Assembly: GCA_949297765.1 (NCBI GenBank)
Contig: CASFTV010000005.1
Location: 2,144-66,143 of the forward strand
Reading direction: 5' to 3'
Length of the DNA: 64,000 bases
Source of the DNA: an uncultured bacterium
GTDB taxonomy: Bacteria; Verrucomicrobiota; Lentisphaeria; Victivallales; UBA1829
Under the pieces are notes generated by a model. That model made no database searches. It was not told the DNA's origin and saw only the letters and a program-made list of their open reading frames with translations. The position numbers and the translations under genes are program-made. Each line of letters begins with the position of its first letter. Position 1 is the first letter of the stretch. Positions 55,410 to 64,000 of this stretch are shown piece by piece.

Positions 55410-56377
55410 TTTCCACTCTCCGACAGCAGATGGTTCCGGACATAATCGGCGACCGCATCATCAAGAGGCCGTGCGGAAACTCCTGTTTTAAGCGCATGGA
55501 ACTTCGTCATATCGGCTTTTGTGAAATACTGATATTTTCCCTTGAGAGTCTCGGGCATGTCGATATAGCGGATATCCGGCGCTCTTCCGAGAGCTTTGAA
55601 CACGGCGGATGCAAGGGCATTCCATGTTTCCGCGCCTCCGCTTCCGACATTGTAGATTCCCTTTGCGTTCTGCTCCATCAGAGCGAGAATCATGGCGGCG
55701 ACATCTTTGACGTAGATGAAATCGCGCATCTGCCCGCCGTCGGGATATTCGGGGCGGTCGGAGCGGAACAGTTCCACCCATCCGCGTTCGGTAATCTGTT
55801 CGAAGGCGCGGAGGACCATGCTTCGCATTCCGCCCTTGTGCTGTTCATTCGGACCGAACACGTTGGTGAACTTCATGCCGGTGATGGAGCGCAGGATTCC
55901 GGTCCGCTTCGCCCAGAGATCGAACATGAGTTTGGAATAGCCGTACATGTTCAGGGGACGGAGTTTGTCCATGTTCTCCTCGTCGTCAACATATCCGTGT
56001 TCGCCGCCGCCGTAGGTTGCTGCGCTGGAGGCGTACAGGAAACGGACCTGGTGCGACACCGAAAACGCGGCGAGTTCCTTGGTTACATTGAAATTGTTGT
56101 CGGCCAGGTAGGAGGCGTCGCGTTCAGTCGTGGAGGAACACGCCCCCATGTGAATGACCGCCTTGAAGCCGGCATCGTTGAATTTCCCTTCATAGAGGAG
56201 TCTGCGGAAGAGATCTTTTTCAAGATAATCCGTGAATTTGAGGCTCCGCAGATTCTTCCATTTTTCCGATGTTCCGAGATGATCGACAATCAGAATGTCG
56301 GTCTCTCCCGCCTGATTCAGGGCGGAAACCACGGCTCCGCCGATCAATCCCGCCCCGCCGGTCACCAGATATTTCAT
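55406..56377 (-). CDS. hldD: ADP-L-glycero-D-manno-heptose 6-epimerase
   Basis: Collinear with E. coli HldD along its full length: VTGGAGLIG, DILIVDHL, GACSSTTE, FLYASSAATYGG, YGYSK, FNVFGPNE.HKG and KGKYQYFTKAD. Confidence 0.95.
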   Translation of the reverse strand: MKYLVTGGAGLIGGAVVSALNQAGETDILIVDHLGTSEKWKNLRSLKFTDYLEKDLFRRLLYEGKFNDAGFKAVIHMGACSSTTERDASYLADNNFNVTKELAAFSVSHQVRFLYASSAATYGGGEHGYVDDEENMDKLRPLNMYGYSKLMFDLWAKRTGILRSITGMKFTNVFGPNEQHKGGMRSMVLRAFEQITERGWVELFRSDRPEYPDGGQMRDFIYVKDVAAMILALMEQNAKGIYNVGSGGAETWNALASAVFKALGRAPDIRYIDMPETLKGKYQYFTKADMTKFHALKTGVSARPLDDAVADYVRNHLLSESGK

Positions 56378-56380
56378 CGC

Positions 56381-56695
56381 TCACCACCATCCGTTTGTAA
56401 AGACTGATTTGTCTCGGTTCTCATGCAGTTTCTCACTTCTTCTCCGGTCGCCCTCGCGCCACGGATAGACTTGAAAATTGTCCAGCTGGGTTGAATCCAT
56501 CCGATGGAATCTGCGTTCTTCCTCCTCCTGTTTCGCCATGAATTTGCGCCAGGTGCTTTCGGCTTTGCGCTGTTCCTCCGCCTTTGCCGAGGGGGGAGTT
56601 TTTCCTTTTTCAGCCCCGTCCTTTCCGGTCGAAGCGCATCCGGCCAGCAGAAAAAGCAGAACGGGGAACAACAGTATCGGACGGCAAAGATTCAT
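56381..56695 (-). CDS. Small hypothetical lipoprotein
   Basis: LLAGCAS lipobox; charged 104-aa protein. The stop is 3 nt before the hldD start. Confidence 0.5.
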   Translation of the reverse strand: MNLCRPILLFPVLLFLLAGCASTGKDGAEKGKTPPSAKAEEQRKAESTWRKFMAKQEEEERRFHRMDSTQLDNFQVYPWREGDRRRSEKLHENRDKSVFTNGWW

Positions 56696-56710
56696 TCTAT
56701 CGACTCCCGG

Positions 56711-58138
56711 TTAAATATGTTTGATCAGGACCATGGTTTGATCGTCTTCCTGTTCCTTGTGGACCTCGGAGAACTTATCGACCGACTTCATGATGGTGTC
56801 GATCGTTCCTTCCAGGGAATCTCCGCGGGCGCAGCTTTCCTTGTAGATTTCCGTCAGGCGGGGAATTCCGTAAAACTCATCCTGTTCATTGGTGGTTTCA
56901 TTGATTCCGTCGGTGAACATGAGCATTGTGGTCTGGGGAGTGATCTCCGTGCAGATCGTATCGAATTCGGAGAGTTCGCCGGGGAGCAGACCGAGCGCCG
57001 CGCCGTCCGGATTGATGGACCGTGTATGTTCCCGCAGATACAGCAGGAGCGGCGTATGCCCTGCCCGGGCGTATTCCACGGTCGACTCCTTCTTGTTGAT
57101 CAGACAGCAGCCGAGTGTGATATAGCGTTCGTCCACGGTATCCCGGTAGAGATTTTCGTTCAGTTCCCGGAGCAGGTCCTTCAGCGAGGTGAAGTGACCG
57201 ATGTTGGACCGGATGAAGGAGCGCGTCATCGACATAATCATGCAGGCGGGAATTCCTTTTCCGCATGCGTCGCCGATCACCACCAGCAGCCGGTTGTCGT
57301 CGATCTGCACGAAATCGTAAAAGTCTCCGCTGACCTCTTTCGAGGCCCGGGTAAACGCATGGATAATGAATCTTCCCCACATCGGAAACTTCTTCGGCAT
57401 CAGCGAGAGCTGGAGATTGCGCGCAAACGCCAGCTCCTGATTGATCCGCTGCTGTTCGCTGAGGTTGGAATACACCTGAATGATGTTCTGTGCAAGCACC
57501 ACCTGGGAGGCGATGAACTTGAAGCGTCCGAACTGTTCCGTTGTAAAGGGACGGTCCATCCGCTTGCTGTTGACGGCGCAGATCACGCCGGAGACCTGGC
57601 CTTCATTGACCAGCGGAACAGCCATCAGCGTATGGATCGGCACAGCCGCGTTGATGTAATCGCTGATCCGGGGATCGGTCGACGGATCAGGCAGATAGAC
57701 ATCCTCGCGTTTCTCGGCGATTTCACCGATGAATCCCTCACCGAGCCGGAAGCGGTCGCGTTTCAGCGTTTCGAGAACGTATTTCGACTTGGTCAGCACA
57801 TAATCGCCCGCGCGGCGGGTGCTCAGCGGAGGAAAGGCGCCGAAGACACCGACCGCCCGCAGATATTCTCCCTCCAGGGAAAACACGCAGACCGACTGTG
57901 CCTCCACAAGGTCGCCGACATACCGGGCCGTTGTGTTCATCCAGTTCTCGATCTCGTCTGTTGTCCGGATATTCTGTGCGAAAATATCCATGAAGCGCGT
58001 GGTTTCGGCCCGTTTATGGAAGGAATCCGCCAGTTTTTTCCGCAGGATCATGATCCGGATCCGCATATGGGTACAGTAGACGATCAAAACCACAAGGATA
58101 CCGGTCAGAATCGCGAAACTGAAAATCGTTGTGCTCAA
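56711..58138 (-). CDS. SpoIIE/PP2C-family serine phosphatase with N-terminal TM and GAF domains (RsbU-like)
   Basis: The PP2C motifs SGDFYDF and VIGDACGKG and the C-terminal FTDGINE/DDQTMVLIK follow a GAF-like region. The ORF starts with TTG, so the exact start is uncertain. Confidence 0.85.
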   Translation of the reverse strand: MSTTIFSFAILTGILVVLIVYCTHMRIRIMILRKKLADSFHKRAETTRFMDIFAQNIRTTDEIENWMNTTARYVGDLVEAQSVCVFSLEGEYLRAVGVFGAFPPLSTRRAGDYVLTKSKYVLETLKRDRFRLGEGFIGEIAEKREDVYLPDPSTDPRISDYINAAVPIHTLMAVPLVNEGQVSGVICAVNSKRMDRPFTTEQFGRFKFIASQVVLAQNIIQVYSNLSEQQRINQELAFARNLQLSLMPKKFPMWGRFIIHAFTRASKEVSGDFYDFVQIDDNRLLVVIGDACGKGIPACMIMSMTRSFIRSNIGHFTSLKDLLRELNENLYRDTVDERYITLGCCLINKKESTVEYARAGHTPLLLYLREHTRSINPDGAALGLLPGELSEFDTICTEITPQTTMLMFTDGINETTNEQDEFYGIPRLTEIYKESCARGDSLEGTIDTIMKSVDKFSEVHKEQEDDQTMVLIKHI

Positions 58139-58273
58139 AATAATGCCCCTTGATGATTGTACAAACGCTGTAACTGTATTTCACAAATGCGCGTTTTTCA
58201 AATTCGGCGAACGCTTTTTTCGGAAAAACTTCAACCTTTTCCCCGTACGCATCCGGGCGGGGAGCGGGAAATT

Positions 58274-59152
58274 TCAGCGGAGAATGCGTTCCATGCTGCG
58301 GACGGTGTTCCGCATCAGCATGGCGATGGTCATCGGCCCGACGCCTCCGGGAACGGGAGTGATCGCGGCGGCCTTCGGTTCCACTTCGTCGAAGGCGACA
58401 TCGCCGACGATCCGGTATCCTTTCGGCTTCGACGCATCCGGAATGCGATTGATTCCGACGTCGATGACCACCGCCCCCTCCTTTACCATATCTCCGCGGA
58501 CGAATTCCGGTTTTCCGATTGCCGCAACCAGAAGATCCGCGCGGCGCAACTCTTCGGCAAGATCCTGTGTCCGGGAGTGGCACAGCGTAACCGTCGCATC
58601 GGTTCCCTTTGCCGAGAGCAGACACATCATCGGCTTCCCGACAATGTTCGAGCGGCCGAGAACCACGGCTTTTTTTCCGGCGGTCGGAATCCGGTAATGC
58701 TCCAGCAGCTTCATCACGCCGTAGGGTGTGCAGGGCAGATTCCCTGTCAGGTCTCCCTGAAGCAGACGCCCCGTGTTGAACGGGTGAAAGCAGTCCACAT
58801 CCTTTTTCGGATCAATGGCAAGAATGATCTTTTCCTCGTCGATCTGCGGCGGCGGAGGCGACTGGACCAGAATTCCGTGAATCCGGGGATCTCCGTTCAG
58901 GCGGCCGATCACGTCAAGGAGCGTCTCCTGCGCGGTATCATTCGGCAGAACGATCTTTTCGGAATAGATTCCCAGCTCTCCGCACTTCCTGACTTTCGAC
59001 GCCACATAGACCTGCGAGGCGGGATTGTCTCCGACGAGGACCACGGCGAGTCCGGGAGGCATTCCGTAACGGTCCGTCAGTTCTGCGCAGATCCGCGCAT
59101 TTTCCTCGTTGACCGCTGCGGCCACCGCTTTTCCATCAATAAGAATCGCCAT
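58274..59152 (-). CDS. folD: Bifunctional methylenetetrahydrofolate dehydrogenase/cyclohydrolase
   Basis: [39 protein letters not shown] and [11 protein letters not shown]. Confidence 0.95.
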   Translation of the reverse strand: MAILIDGKAVAAAVNEENARICAELTDRYGMPPGLAVVLVGDNPASQVYVASKVRKCGELGIYSEKIVLPNDTAQETLLDVIGRLNGDPRIHGILVQSPPPPQIDEEKIILAIDPKKDVDCFHPFNTGRLLQGDLTGNLPCTPYGVMKLLEHYRIPTAGKKAVVLGRSNIVGKPMMCLLSAKGTDATVTLCHSRTQDLAEELRRADLLVAAIGKPEFVRGDMVKEGAVVIDVGINRIPDASKPKGYRIVGDVAFDEVEPKAAAITPVPGGVGPMTIAMLMRNTVRSMERILR

Positions 59153-59511
59153 TATTTCTTCTCCCCATCCGGTTTTGCGGTGTTGAGGGATTCCCGGACG
59201 GCGCGGATTTCCGAATCCAGCCGGATCAGCTTGTCATTGAGATCGCGGATATCCTTTTTGCTGTCGAGAGCGAGAGCGAGATTGCGGTGCAGCGTCATAA
59301 TATTGTCGTGCATCCGTTTCAGGTTTTTATCGGCCCGGATGTGTTTCATGCGCAGTTCGGTCAGATGATCCATGGATTTGGCCCGGTCGGCTTCCAGAAT
59401 CGCCAGTTTTGCCTTCAGGAGAACGGGATCCTTTTCCGGATCGGGATCGGCCGCATGCAGGAACAGCGGCGTGAGAGCGGAAAAAAGGGCAAAAAAGAAA
59501 AAGTGTCTCAT
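59152..59511 (-). CDS. Small secreted coiled-coil protein (hypothetical)
   Basis: Signal peptide [20 protein letters not shown]; heptad-like charged sequence. The stop overlaps the folD start (TAATG). Confidence 0.45.
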   Translation of the reverse strand: MRHFFFFALFSALTPLFLHAADPDPEKDPVLLKAKLAILEADRAKSMDHLTELRMKHIRADKNLKRMHDNIMTLHRNLALALDSKKDIRDLNDKLIRLDSEIRAVRESLNTAKPDGEKK

Positions 59512-59561
59512 GGCGTTTACCTTCCGTTTGTTTCAGAAAGATACTCGTTTTTTGTATTTTT

Positions 59562-61433
59562 TCAAGTCCCGGGAACGGACTTTTTAGCGGATCGGTTCAA
59601 GTGAAGGCGGAGGATCCGGACGAGTTCGCGTGCGGTTTCGGCATTTTCCTGAACGCTGTGACCGCTTTTGACGATCCGTTCGCTTTCGACCCCGTCCAGA
59701 TGGGCGCTTTCATACGAGACGACGCCGTCGCTTCCGCCGGGGACTCCCGATTCCTCCCGGTTCCCGACAATGGAGTTGCAGGGAACATCCGGAGAGAGCG
59801 GGGTTTCCGCAAGAAGTTTCAGAACGGGATTTTCCGGACTCAGATTGTCAAATCCGGTATAGAGCTTCCTAGCCTGCTCCAGGGAGGAGTTCCCCGGCAG
59901 GAGTTTGGCGGCGATGCGCTGGACTCCCTCCACCATCCGGACCGGGAGAGTCACAAGCGAGGCGGCGAAACGGGCAATTCCCCAGTCCGCCATCTCCGAA
60001 CCGCGATGGGGAACCGCCATAAACACGACCCGCGCCACATATTCCCGCCGTTTCAGAACGGCCAGCTCTTCCAGCGTGCGGACATCGCTGCTGTCCAGCT
60101 CCTGTTTTGCCTCGTTCCACGGACGACCCAGAGTCCGGTCGAGGAGGGTGTTGCCGCTGTCCATGATGAGCGTTTTCGAAAGGAGTCCGCCCATGCTGTG
60201 GCCGACCACCACCATTTTCCTGAAATTTGCATTTTCCCCATATTCCCGCGCCGTCCGGTCGAGCGCACGCCGCAGCTCTCCCGCCGAGGCAAGAACCGGA
60301 TTGCCGCTGGAATACGCATAGAACCAGAACTGATAGCGGCTGCGGATTTCCGGATCGTTCATCAGCGTATTCACCAGCTGAATCCAGGTTCGCGGACTGG
60401 ACATCAGGCCGTGAACGAACACAAGCGGGATCTTGTCCGGATCGTACGGTGCGGTGGCATAGAGTCCGCCGGCCGAATCCCGGTCGGGATGCAGGGTATT
60501 GAACAGTTCGGAAACGCCGGTCCGCGTATTGAGAAAGCAGGCCGCCGGCGTCGAAAAATCCCGCATCAGCGGAACCGATTCCTCTTCGATGGTGACGGAG
60601 CCGGTCTTCAGAGCATCGTACAGTTCAAACCGCGCCCGGATCGCATTTCCCCGACGGGTAAACCGGAGCAGACCGGTCATCGGGAGGGCGATTCCGTCAG
60701 GGAATTTCAATCCGTCGGCGCCGCTCTTCAGCGGAAGCGCCTTCGCGAACAGAGGAACGCCGATCCCGAATTCGCAGGAGAAATGCTGCAGGTTTTCCGT
60801 CCGGTAATTCGCACAGAGATAAAAGGCGCGGATCCGTTCCCGGGGCAGCGGTCCGTCCAGACGCGCCGGTTCCGCAAAAAAGATTTGCCCACCGTCCGCC
60901 AGCGGGAGGGAAAACGACGACCGGTCCAGCAGATTGTGCCGCTGTAAATACTGAAACACCATTCCCGACGCAACATTGTAACGCATCACCGCCCGCAGCG
61001 CCGCAGGATCAAACCGGGACCGGGAAACCCGCCGGACCGACGGATCGAACAGCAGCCGGTAATAACAGAACGCGGCCGAAAGAAAATACGGTCCGGACGC
61101 ATCCGACTCCTCCTGCTGGGCAAGAGAGTAGCAGACGTCCGCAAGGACATTCAGGAGAAACGGCGATTGTTCTTCATCCAGTTCTTTTTTCAGACGGCTG
61201 ATCAGCAGTTCCGGCGAGTCCTGAAATGTCTCCATCAGCAGATGGGTCTGCAGATAGTTTCTGGAATCAAACGGGAGCCCCTGCACGGCCGCGCCGGACG
61301 CGTCATAATACGACCGGGCCTCTTCCGGAGTCGCCTCCAGGGCCCGGACCGCATTTCCGGAAAGACAGCCGCAGCAGAACAGCCCGGCGCAGAGCAGAAC
61401 AACGGTCAGTCCGGCGCGTTTCATTCGATTCAT
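59562..61433 (-). CDS. Alpha/beta-hydrolase (lipase/esterase-like) lipoprotein
   Basis: Lipobox LFCCGC. The nucleophile elbow VVVGHSMGGLL lies in the C-terminal half, and the N-terminal half is helical. Confidence 0.65.
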   Translation of the reverse strand: MNRMKRAGLTVVLLCAGLFCCGCLSGNAVRALEATPEEARSYYDASGAAVQGLPFDSRNYLQTHLLMETFQDSPELLISRLKKELDEEQSPFLLNVLADVCYSLAQQEESDASGPYFLSAAFCYYRLLFDPSVRRVSRSRFDPAALRAVMRYNVASGMVFQYLQRHNLLDRSSFSLPLADGGQIFFAEPARLDGPLPRERIRAFYLCANYRTENLQHFSCEFGIGVPLFAKALPLKSGADGLKFPDGIALPMTGLLRFTRRGNAIRARFELYDALKTGSVTIEEESVPLMRDFSTPAACFLNTRTGVSELFNTLHPDRDSAGGLYATAPYDPDKIPLVFVHGLMSSPRTWIQLVNTLMNDPEIRSRYQFWFYAYSSGNPVLASAGELRRALDRTAREYGENANFRKMVVVGHSMGGLLSKTLIMDSGNTLLDRTLGRPWNEAKQELDSSDVRTLEELAVLKRREYVARVVFMAVPHRGSEMADWGIARFAASLVTLPVRMVEGVQRIAAKLLPGNSSLEQARKLYTGFDNLSPENPVLKLLAETPLSPDVPCNSIVGNREESGVPGGSDGVVSYESAHLDGVESERIVKSGHSVQENAETARELVRILRLHLNRSAKKSVPGT

Positions 61434-61472
61434 GATGCAGTTTCGGGGAGGAGTTCCCCTCCCCGCGGAGTT

Positions 61473-62144
61473 TCAGTGATCTTTTTCGATTTTGCAGATG
61501 CCGCAGTGACGGCAGTCCATTTCGAGCGGCGGTTCGCATTTTCCGCCCTTCTTTTCCGCCTGACGCTTGTTGTAGACGTTCATCAGCGCGAGGAAGAATC
61601 CGAGCATCAGGAATCCGCCGGGCGCCATTCCCATCAGGGAGAAGTCGATCGTCCACGGCGTGATGACCTTGATCCCGAACAGAGTTCCGCCTGCACAGAA
61701 TTCACGGGCGAGTCCGAGCAGCACCAGTGCCAGCGTGAATCCGACGCCCATTCCGAGTCCGTCAAGCAGCGAGCGGAACACATTGTGCTTGGATGCGAAC
61801 GCCTCCGCGCGTCCCAGAACAATGCAGTTCACCACGATCAGCGGAATGAAGATTCCGAGGGCATCGTAGATCGCCGCCGGCGCATACGCCTGCATGAGCA
61901 TGTCCACGACCGTCACAAAGGTGGCAATCACGACAATGTAGCAGGGAATGCGGATCTTTGCGGGGACAATGTTCCGGATCAGCGAAATGACCATATTGCT
62001 GCAGGCGAGAACGAAGGTTGTTGCCAGCCCCATTCCCAGCGCGTTCGGCGCATTGGACGTTGTAGCGAGAGTCGGACACATGCCGAGCATCAGCACGAGA
62101 ACCGGATTTTCCTTCCAGACGCCTTTGAGAAAATCGTTCAGCAT
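61473..62144 (-). CDS. rnfE: Rnf electron-transport complex subunit E, with a Cys-rich C-terminal tail
   Basis: KGVWKENPVLVLMLGMCPTLATTSNAPNALGMGLATTFVL and GIFIPLIVVNCIVLGRAEAFA match RnfE/RsxE. An extra tail reads KCEPPLEMDCRHCGICK. Confidence 0.9.
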   Translation of the reverse strand: MLNDFLKGVWKENPVLVLMLGMCPTLATTSNAPNALGMGLATTFVLACSNMVISLIRNIVPAKIRIPCYIVVIATFVTVVDMLMQAYAPAAIYDALGIFIPLIVVNCIVLGRAEAFASKHNVFRSLLDGLGMGVGFTLALVLLGLAREFCAGGTLFGIKVITPWTIDFSLMGMAPGGFLMLGFFLALMNVYNKRQAEKKGGKCEPPLEMDCRHCGICKIEKDH

Positions 62145-62146
62145 GA

Positions 62147-62839
62147 TTATTTTCCTCCGTTCTTCGATGCCGCATTTTCGATGGCGGCCTTGTTCTTTTC
62201 AAAGGCCGATGCGGCCTCCCATGCGATGCCGCAGACGGCATTGGAGCTGATGGTTGCGCCGGTCACATGATCGGCCTCGCCGCCGTCCTTGCGCAGTTTC
62301 CACGGACGGGCTTTCCAGTTGTCGCCGGAAGAGACGGCGTGGCCGATATACTGATCCAGGATCGGATTGGCCGGCAGTTTTCCGGTCTCGTTTTTCTTCC
62401 AGAAGTTGAAGATGGTTTTTGTCTCCGTCCGGTTGGTGGCCCGGGTTCCGAGGCCCGGGGTCTCGTTGTGGGAGGAGATGATGTAATTGGTGATTTTCCC
62501 ATCGGGGGAGAAGCCGATCAGTCCTTCCACGGTTCCGCCGTATCCGGTTCCGACCTTCGCCTGGGCGGCATAACCGACGATTTTTCCATCTTTCTTCGCC
62601 GTATAGAAGTTCACATTTGATCCGGATGCGCTCTTGACGGTCAGACGGGTTTTCACCAGTTCATTGTTGAATTCCGGAAGGACGGTTTTGAGTCCGTTGA
62701 ACACCTTCCGTTCCTTTGCGGCGGCAATCGGTTCCGCGGTCGCCCGGGAGACAGACGCCATCACCGCGGTGGCCGCCGCGCAGATGATGCAGAGAAATAC
62801 TCCGAGATAGACAATATTGATTTTCTTGGGCGCGCTCAT
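62147..62839 (-). CDS. rnfG: Rnf complex subunit G (FMN-binding)
   Basis: N-terminal TM anchor; HNETPGLG; the FMN attachment region VTGATISSNAV. Confidence 0.85.
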   Translation of the reverse strand: MSAPKKINIVYLGVFLCIICAAATAVMASVSRATAEPIAAAKERKVFNGLKTVLPEFNNELVKTRLTVKSASGSNVNFYTAKKDGKIVGYAAQAKVGTGYGGTVEGLIGFSPDGKITNYIISSHNETPGLGTRATNRTETKTIFNFWKKNETGKLPANPILDQYIGHAVSSGDNWKARPWKLRKDGGEADHVTGATISSNAVCGIAWEAASAFEKNKAAIENAASKNGGK

Positions 62840-63882
62840 TTAACACCTCCATGCGAATGGACCCAGCCGAACGGACGCTTGTAGCAGAGACGGTCGATCA
62901 GCGGCACAAGCGCGTTCATAATCACGATGGCGAAACTCATACCTTCCGGGAATCCGCCCCAGATCCGGATCACGCAGGTAATCACGCCGATTCCCGCGCC
63001 GAAGAGCAGGCAGCCGCGCCGGGTCAGCGGAGATGTCACCATATCCGTCGCCATGAAGAACGCGCCGATCATCACACCGCCGGTCAGAAGGTGGAACAGC
63101 GGATCCGGTGTCAGCGCCGGGGAAACCACATGCACGATCCATGTGAAGACCGTCACCGTCCCGAGAATCGCAAACGGGATTTCCCATTTGATCAGACGGA
63201 ACGCGAACAGCCCGACGGCGCCGATCAGCAGAGCCAGCGCCGAAGTTTCTCCGAGCGAACCGCCCATGTTGCCGAGGAAATAATCCAGATAGGAAAGCGG
63301 CACTTCCGCCATTTTATCGGCGTTGCCCGCGGCGGTTTTCGCGAGCGTCAGCGGAGTTGCGCAGGTCTGTGCGTCGAACGCGCCGAGCAGTGCGCCGGGA
63401 GTCGGATCCACCCAGCGGGTCGTCATCGGTCCGGTGAACCCCACCAGCAGGGCGACGCGTCCCACAGCGGCCGGGTTGAACGGATTCTGTCCCAGTCCGC
63501 CGAACACCTCCTTCGCCACGATGATCGCCACGAACGATCCCACCACGCAGAGCCACCACTGGGCGTGCGACGGCAGATTCAGCGCAAGAATGAGCCCGGT
63601 CACCGCCGCGCTGTAATCCCAGATCGTGTTCGGTGTCTTCATCAGACGGCACCACAGATATTCCAACAGCATGCAGCACGCCATGCACAGGACCATCACC
63701 TTCAGCGCGGGCAGACCGAAAAACCAGATCGCCGCCAGAACCGCGGGAAGCAGACACAGCAGCACCTGAAGCATAATCCCCGACACCGTCGATTTCTCAT
63801 GCAGATGCGGGGAGGAACTGATTACCAGACTGCCCGGAAGCGGCATTTTGATATTTTTCTTTTCTTCCATCTCTTCATTCAT
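62836..63882 (-). CDS. rnfD: Rnf complex subunit D
   Basis: SSSPHLH near the N-terminus; polytopic; FFMATDMVTSP (FMN-binding Thr region). Confidence 0.9.
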   Translation of the reverse strand: MNEEMEEKKNIKMPLPGSLVISSSPHLHEKSTVSGIMLQVLLCLLPAVLAAIWFFGLPALKVMVLCMACCMLLEYLWCRLMKTPNTIWDYSAAVTGLILALNLPSHAQWWLCVVGSFVAIIVAKEVFGGLGQNPFNPAAVGRVALLVGFTGPMTTRWVDPTPGALLGAFDAQTCATPLTLAKTAAGNADKMAEVPLSYLDYFLGNMGGSLGETSALALLIGAVGLFAFRLIKWEIPFAILGTVTVFTWIVHVVSPALTPDPLFHLLTGGVMIGAFFMATDMVTSPLTRRGCLLFGAGIGVITCVIRIWGGFPEGMSFAIVIMNALVPLIDRLCYKRPFGWVHSHGGVK

Positions 63883-63885
63883 CCT

Positions 63886-64000
63886 TATTTTTTGCGCCGT
63901 CTGGCGAGGATTTCACCTTTCGCACGCCGGAAATGCTGCACAAGCGGACGCTTCGCCGGACAGATGTAGGCGCAGGTTCCGCACTCCACGCAGTCCATCA
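63886..64000 (-). CDS. rnfC: Rnf complex subunit C, 3'-terminal fragment (continues beyond the window)
   Basis: The reverse complement reads [37 protein letters not shown]-stop. CxxCxxCxxxCP is a 4Fe-4S ferredoxin motif. The stop is 4 nt before the rnfD start. This fragment is not in the supplied ORF track because it is truncated. Confidence 0.8.

Noticed and set aside
1-64000. Mobile genetic elements, prophage or defence islands.
   Set aside because: I recognised no integrase, transposase, recombinase, phage structural, restriction-modification, Cas or other defence-gene signature in any frame. The only repeat-bounded segment (1628-6155) lacks mobility genes.

Overview
GC-rich chromosomal segment with about 55 protein-coding genes. 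I recognised no rRNA, tRNA, CRISPR array, transposase or integrase. The gene content points to a PVC-superphylum bacterium, Lentisphaerota/Kiritimatiellota/Planctomycetota-like. This is an inference from two DUF1559-type prepilin-like paralogs with the H-X9-DG tail and from a DUF1549/DUF1553 + DUF1501 pair.

Layout:
- 1-14.5 kb: secreted glycan-active proteins, the DUF1549/1553-DUF1501-PPC-chorismatase-like operon, and a GH2 beta-galactosidase.
- 14.5-24.1 kb: housekeeping genes (trmH-like, ampG-like, rph, accD, comF, asd, lysA, mreB).
- 24.3-36.5 kb: a glycan-utilisation island with three regulator families (AraC, IclR, GntR/PBP1), a GH78-like enzyme, a second prepilin-like + giant beta-helix protein pair, and a PIN-PhoH ATPase.
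- 36.5-64 kb: an uninterrupted minus-strand array holding the rnfC(partial)DGE genes, a lipase-like hydrolase, folD, a GAF-PP2C phosphatase, hldD, a chagasin-like inhibitor, a GT39-like transferase, rlmN, an ankyrin lipoprotein, a complete type II secretion operon (L/M/C-like, D, E, F, G, H, I, J, K) headed by a four-repeat periplasmic protein, and gnd.

Most noteworthy non-genic signals:
- A ~92-nt four-hairpin element is present twice (24137-24228 on the plus strand, 51036-51126 on the minus strand). It has compensatory stem changes and is a candidate structured RNA or REP-like element.
- ~90-110-bp direct repeats (a terminator plus a gene 3' end) bracket a 4.4-kb prepilin-like/glycosidase cassette.
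- Several intergenic regions carry a recurring TTGACA-N17-TGcTATATT type promoter.
- Almost every gene has a long in-register antisense ORF, which I treat as a codon-usage artefact.

I did not recognise a known defence or mobile system. The candidates for novelty are modest and are labelled as inference.
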